Origin: Bdellovibrionota bacterium
GTDB lineage: Bacteria > Bdellovibrionota_C > UBA2361 > CAKMMH01
Assembly (NCBI GenBank): GCA_050952645.1
Contig: JBMNLI010000017.1
Location: forward strand, 1 to 64,000
Length of the DNA stretch: 64,000 nt
Direction of reading: 5' to 3'
Below the pieces are notes generated by a model, which saw only the letters and a program-made list of their open reading frames with translations, made no database searches and had not been told where the DNA came from. A program made the translations under genes and the position numbers. How positions within the stretch are numbered: position 1 is the first letter of the stretch; each line of letters starts with the position of its first letter. This document shows, piece by piece, positions 62,414 to 64,000 of this stretch.

Positions 62414-63238
62414 ATGAAAAAAGATACAAACTTATATAACTTATATAAAATATCACTTTTAATAATTTGCTCATTATTCATAGTAGTAAATGAATTCCTA
62501 GTAGTAAGTGATGCTTTTGCACGAGATGTCGAGTATAGAGGAAGCGAGCTAGATGTATTTGTAGCCCCTGGGGAGCCTACTCAAGTTCAATTCCCCTCGA
62601 AAGTGTTAGGAGGATTTAAAAAGAAAATCTCAGCAATATCACTCGATAAAAAAGGCTACGACTTAGTAATTTTTGCTACTGAGCAATTAACTGAAACTGG
62701 CGAGTCTATGATTATTAGGCTCGATGACGGAAGGTCTTACACATTAAGAATTAAAAAAGCTTCAGAAAATGAGAGAGATACTTTAGTAAGAGTAATAGAC
62801 AAAAGTCAATCTATTTTAACTAGTTCAGGAGAGGAAGTAAGCGATGCTGCAAAAAGTGCTTCTTCCCTTACATTTGCTCCGCCTACTAAAGTTTCAGGTC
62901 TTATGAGAGAAATGGTTTTAGCTTCTGAGTTTGGAAAAGGTTCTATAAATGGATATAGAGCGACAGACAAATATAGAGGCGAAACCGTAATAAATGATGG
63001 CGCTATACACGCTACCATAGATACGATATTTACCGGCACTAATCTGTGGGGGTATGTTCTCGATGTAAAAAATCTTTTAGATGTTTCTCAAAAACTAAAC
63101 CCTGCTACGTTTAGGCTAGATGGCACTAGAGCAATTTCCTTTGAAAAGTGGGAATTGTCTCCGCAACCATTAAATATTGAAGAGCAAATTGCTAAAGGGC
63201 ATAAAACAAAGGTTTATATAGTAACTAAAGCTAGATAA
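62414..63238 (+). CDS. traK: TraK-like (F-type secretin/VirB9-like) T4SS protein
   Basis: Signal peptide, GEPTQVQFP, GRSYTLRI, LMREM and C-terminal TKVYIV. Confidence 0.75.
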   Translation: MKKDTNLYNLYKISLLIICSLFIVVNEFLVVSDAFARDVEYRGSELDVFVAPGEPTQVQFPSKVLGGFKKKISAISLDKKGYDLVIFATEQLTETGESMIIRLDDGRSYTLRIKKASENERDTLVRVIDKSQSILTSSGEEVSDAAKSASSLTFAPPTKVSGLMREMVLASEFGKGSINGYRATDKYRGETVINDGAIHATIDTIFTGTNLWGYVLDVKNLLDVSQKLNPATFRLDGTRAISFEKWELSPQPLNIEEQIAKGHKTKVYIVTKAR

Positions 63239-63257
63239 ATTTTAAAAGGTAAAAAAA

Positions 63258-64000
63258 ATGGCTCAAAAGTTAGATGATATAAAAATGCTAGTATCGAAAG
63301 ATAGAAAGACGCAATTTATAATAATTGCAGTCTTGCTATGTGTCGGCTTGGTGTGGATGACAATGACCTCTGATAAGTATGCTGTAAGAGAAAGACAGCA
63401 AGTAGCAGAAGTAACTAAAATGGCACCTAGAGATGAACACTTAGATGATTTCGTTAAAAGCTTTAGAACAGATTTAAATAAAATTCAAAAAGACCAAATA
63501 GCCGCTAAAAAAGATATGCAAGAGCTAGGAAACAGATTAGATGTTTATGAACAAAGAACATCAGATATCTTTAAGAAAATCTTAGAAAAAATTTCAGACC
63601 TTGAAGTTGGTGGCGCAGGAAGTGGCTACGATGTTAATAATACTTCAGTAGTAACGGACGATTTAATGGTAGAAGATGAAATTGTAGACGATGGCGAAAA
63701 TTTAGCAGGAAAAGATCAACTAGAATCGTTCTTCGATGATAAAGAAAACGTTAAGCCAGTAGAAAAAGACGTTAAAAAGAAAGTGGCTTTCGTTGCCCCT
63801 GGGGATACGGTAAGAGTAAAATTACTAGGTGGTGTAAACGCTCCTACAGATGGAACGCCTTACCCAGTTATCTTTAAACTAATTTCCCACGTTGCAGGAC
63901 CAGATAACTCACAACTGCCTTTAGGAGAAGCAAGACTAATAGCAGCGGCTCAAGGCTCTATCGTAGATCAAAGAGCTTTATTTAGGCTTACCAAACTTAG
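63258..64000 (+). CDS. traB: TraB/VirB10-like T4SS core protein (partial, runs off the window)
   Basis: Own translation: MAQKLDD, TM helix, coiled coil, then PGDTVRVKLLGGVNAPTDGTPYPVIFKL...GPDNSQLPLGEARLIAAAQGSIVDQRALFRL. Confidence 0.8.
   Translation, partial: MAQKLDDIKMLVSKDRKTQFIIIAVLLCVGLVWMTMTSDKYAVRERQQVAEVTKMAPRDEHLDDFVKSFRTDLNKIQKDQIAAKKDMQELGNRLDVYEQRTSDIFKKILEKISDLEVGGAGSGYDVNNTSVVTDDLMVEDEIVDDGENLAGKDQLESFFDDKENVKPVEKDVKKKVAFVAPGDTVRVKLLGGVNAPTDGTPYPVIFKLISHVAGPDNSQLPLGEARLIAAAQGSIVDQRALFRLTKL

Noticed and set aside
51209..64000. T4SS region as an ICE integrated at tRNA-Leu
   Set aside because: No integrase beside the tRNA, no duplicated tRNA 3' end seen within the window, and composition matches the host. 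It cannot be fully excluded because the locus runs off the window.

Overview
AT-rich (roughly 25-30% GC by eye) bacterial chromosomal segment. MreB style, sigma54-driven flgDE, GspN and the FHA/Ser-Thr kinase genes suggest a diderm 'deltaproteobacterial'/Bdellovibrionota-like lineage, and desulfoferrodoxin suggests an anaerobe (both inferred). The first ~5.6 kb is riddled with frameshifts that look like low-quality contig-end consensus. Most of the window is housekeeping: degP, ddl/murF, galE, dfx, recJ, holA-tmk-holB, mreBCD-mrdA-rodA and tRNA-Leu(CAA). Stand-out observations: (1) a host-composition type IV secretion locus at the right end, with an F-like traL-traE-traK-traB operon divergent from a DotL/IcmO-like coupling ATPase and a possible DotM-like partner, a non-pilin exported protein in the pilin slot, and no relaxase or integrase in view; (2) an FlhB/SctU export switch encoded as two genes split exactly at the N|PTH autocleavage position, flanking an atypical histidine kinase; (3) three small paralogous acidic peptide ORFs with a shared motif, in a ~2 kb segment bounded by a 13-bp inverted repeat next to the tRNA; (4) pervasive 11-17 bp tandem duplications that are frame-preserving inside genes; (5) several apparent pseudoenzymes (PP2C, FHA, metallophosphoesterase, ABC ATPase, His kinase). 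No CRISPR array, rRNA or transposase was seen. All family assignments come from motif recognition by eye, not database searches.
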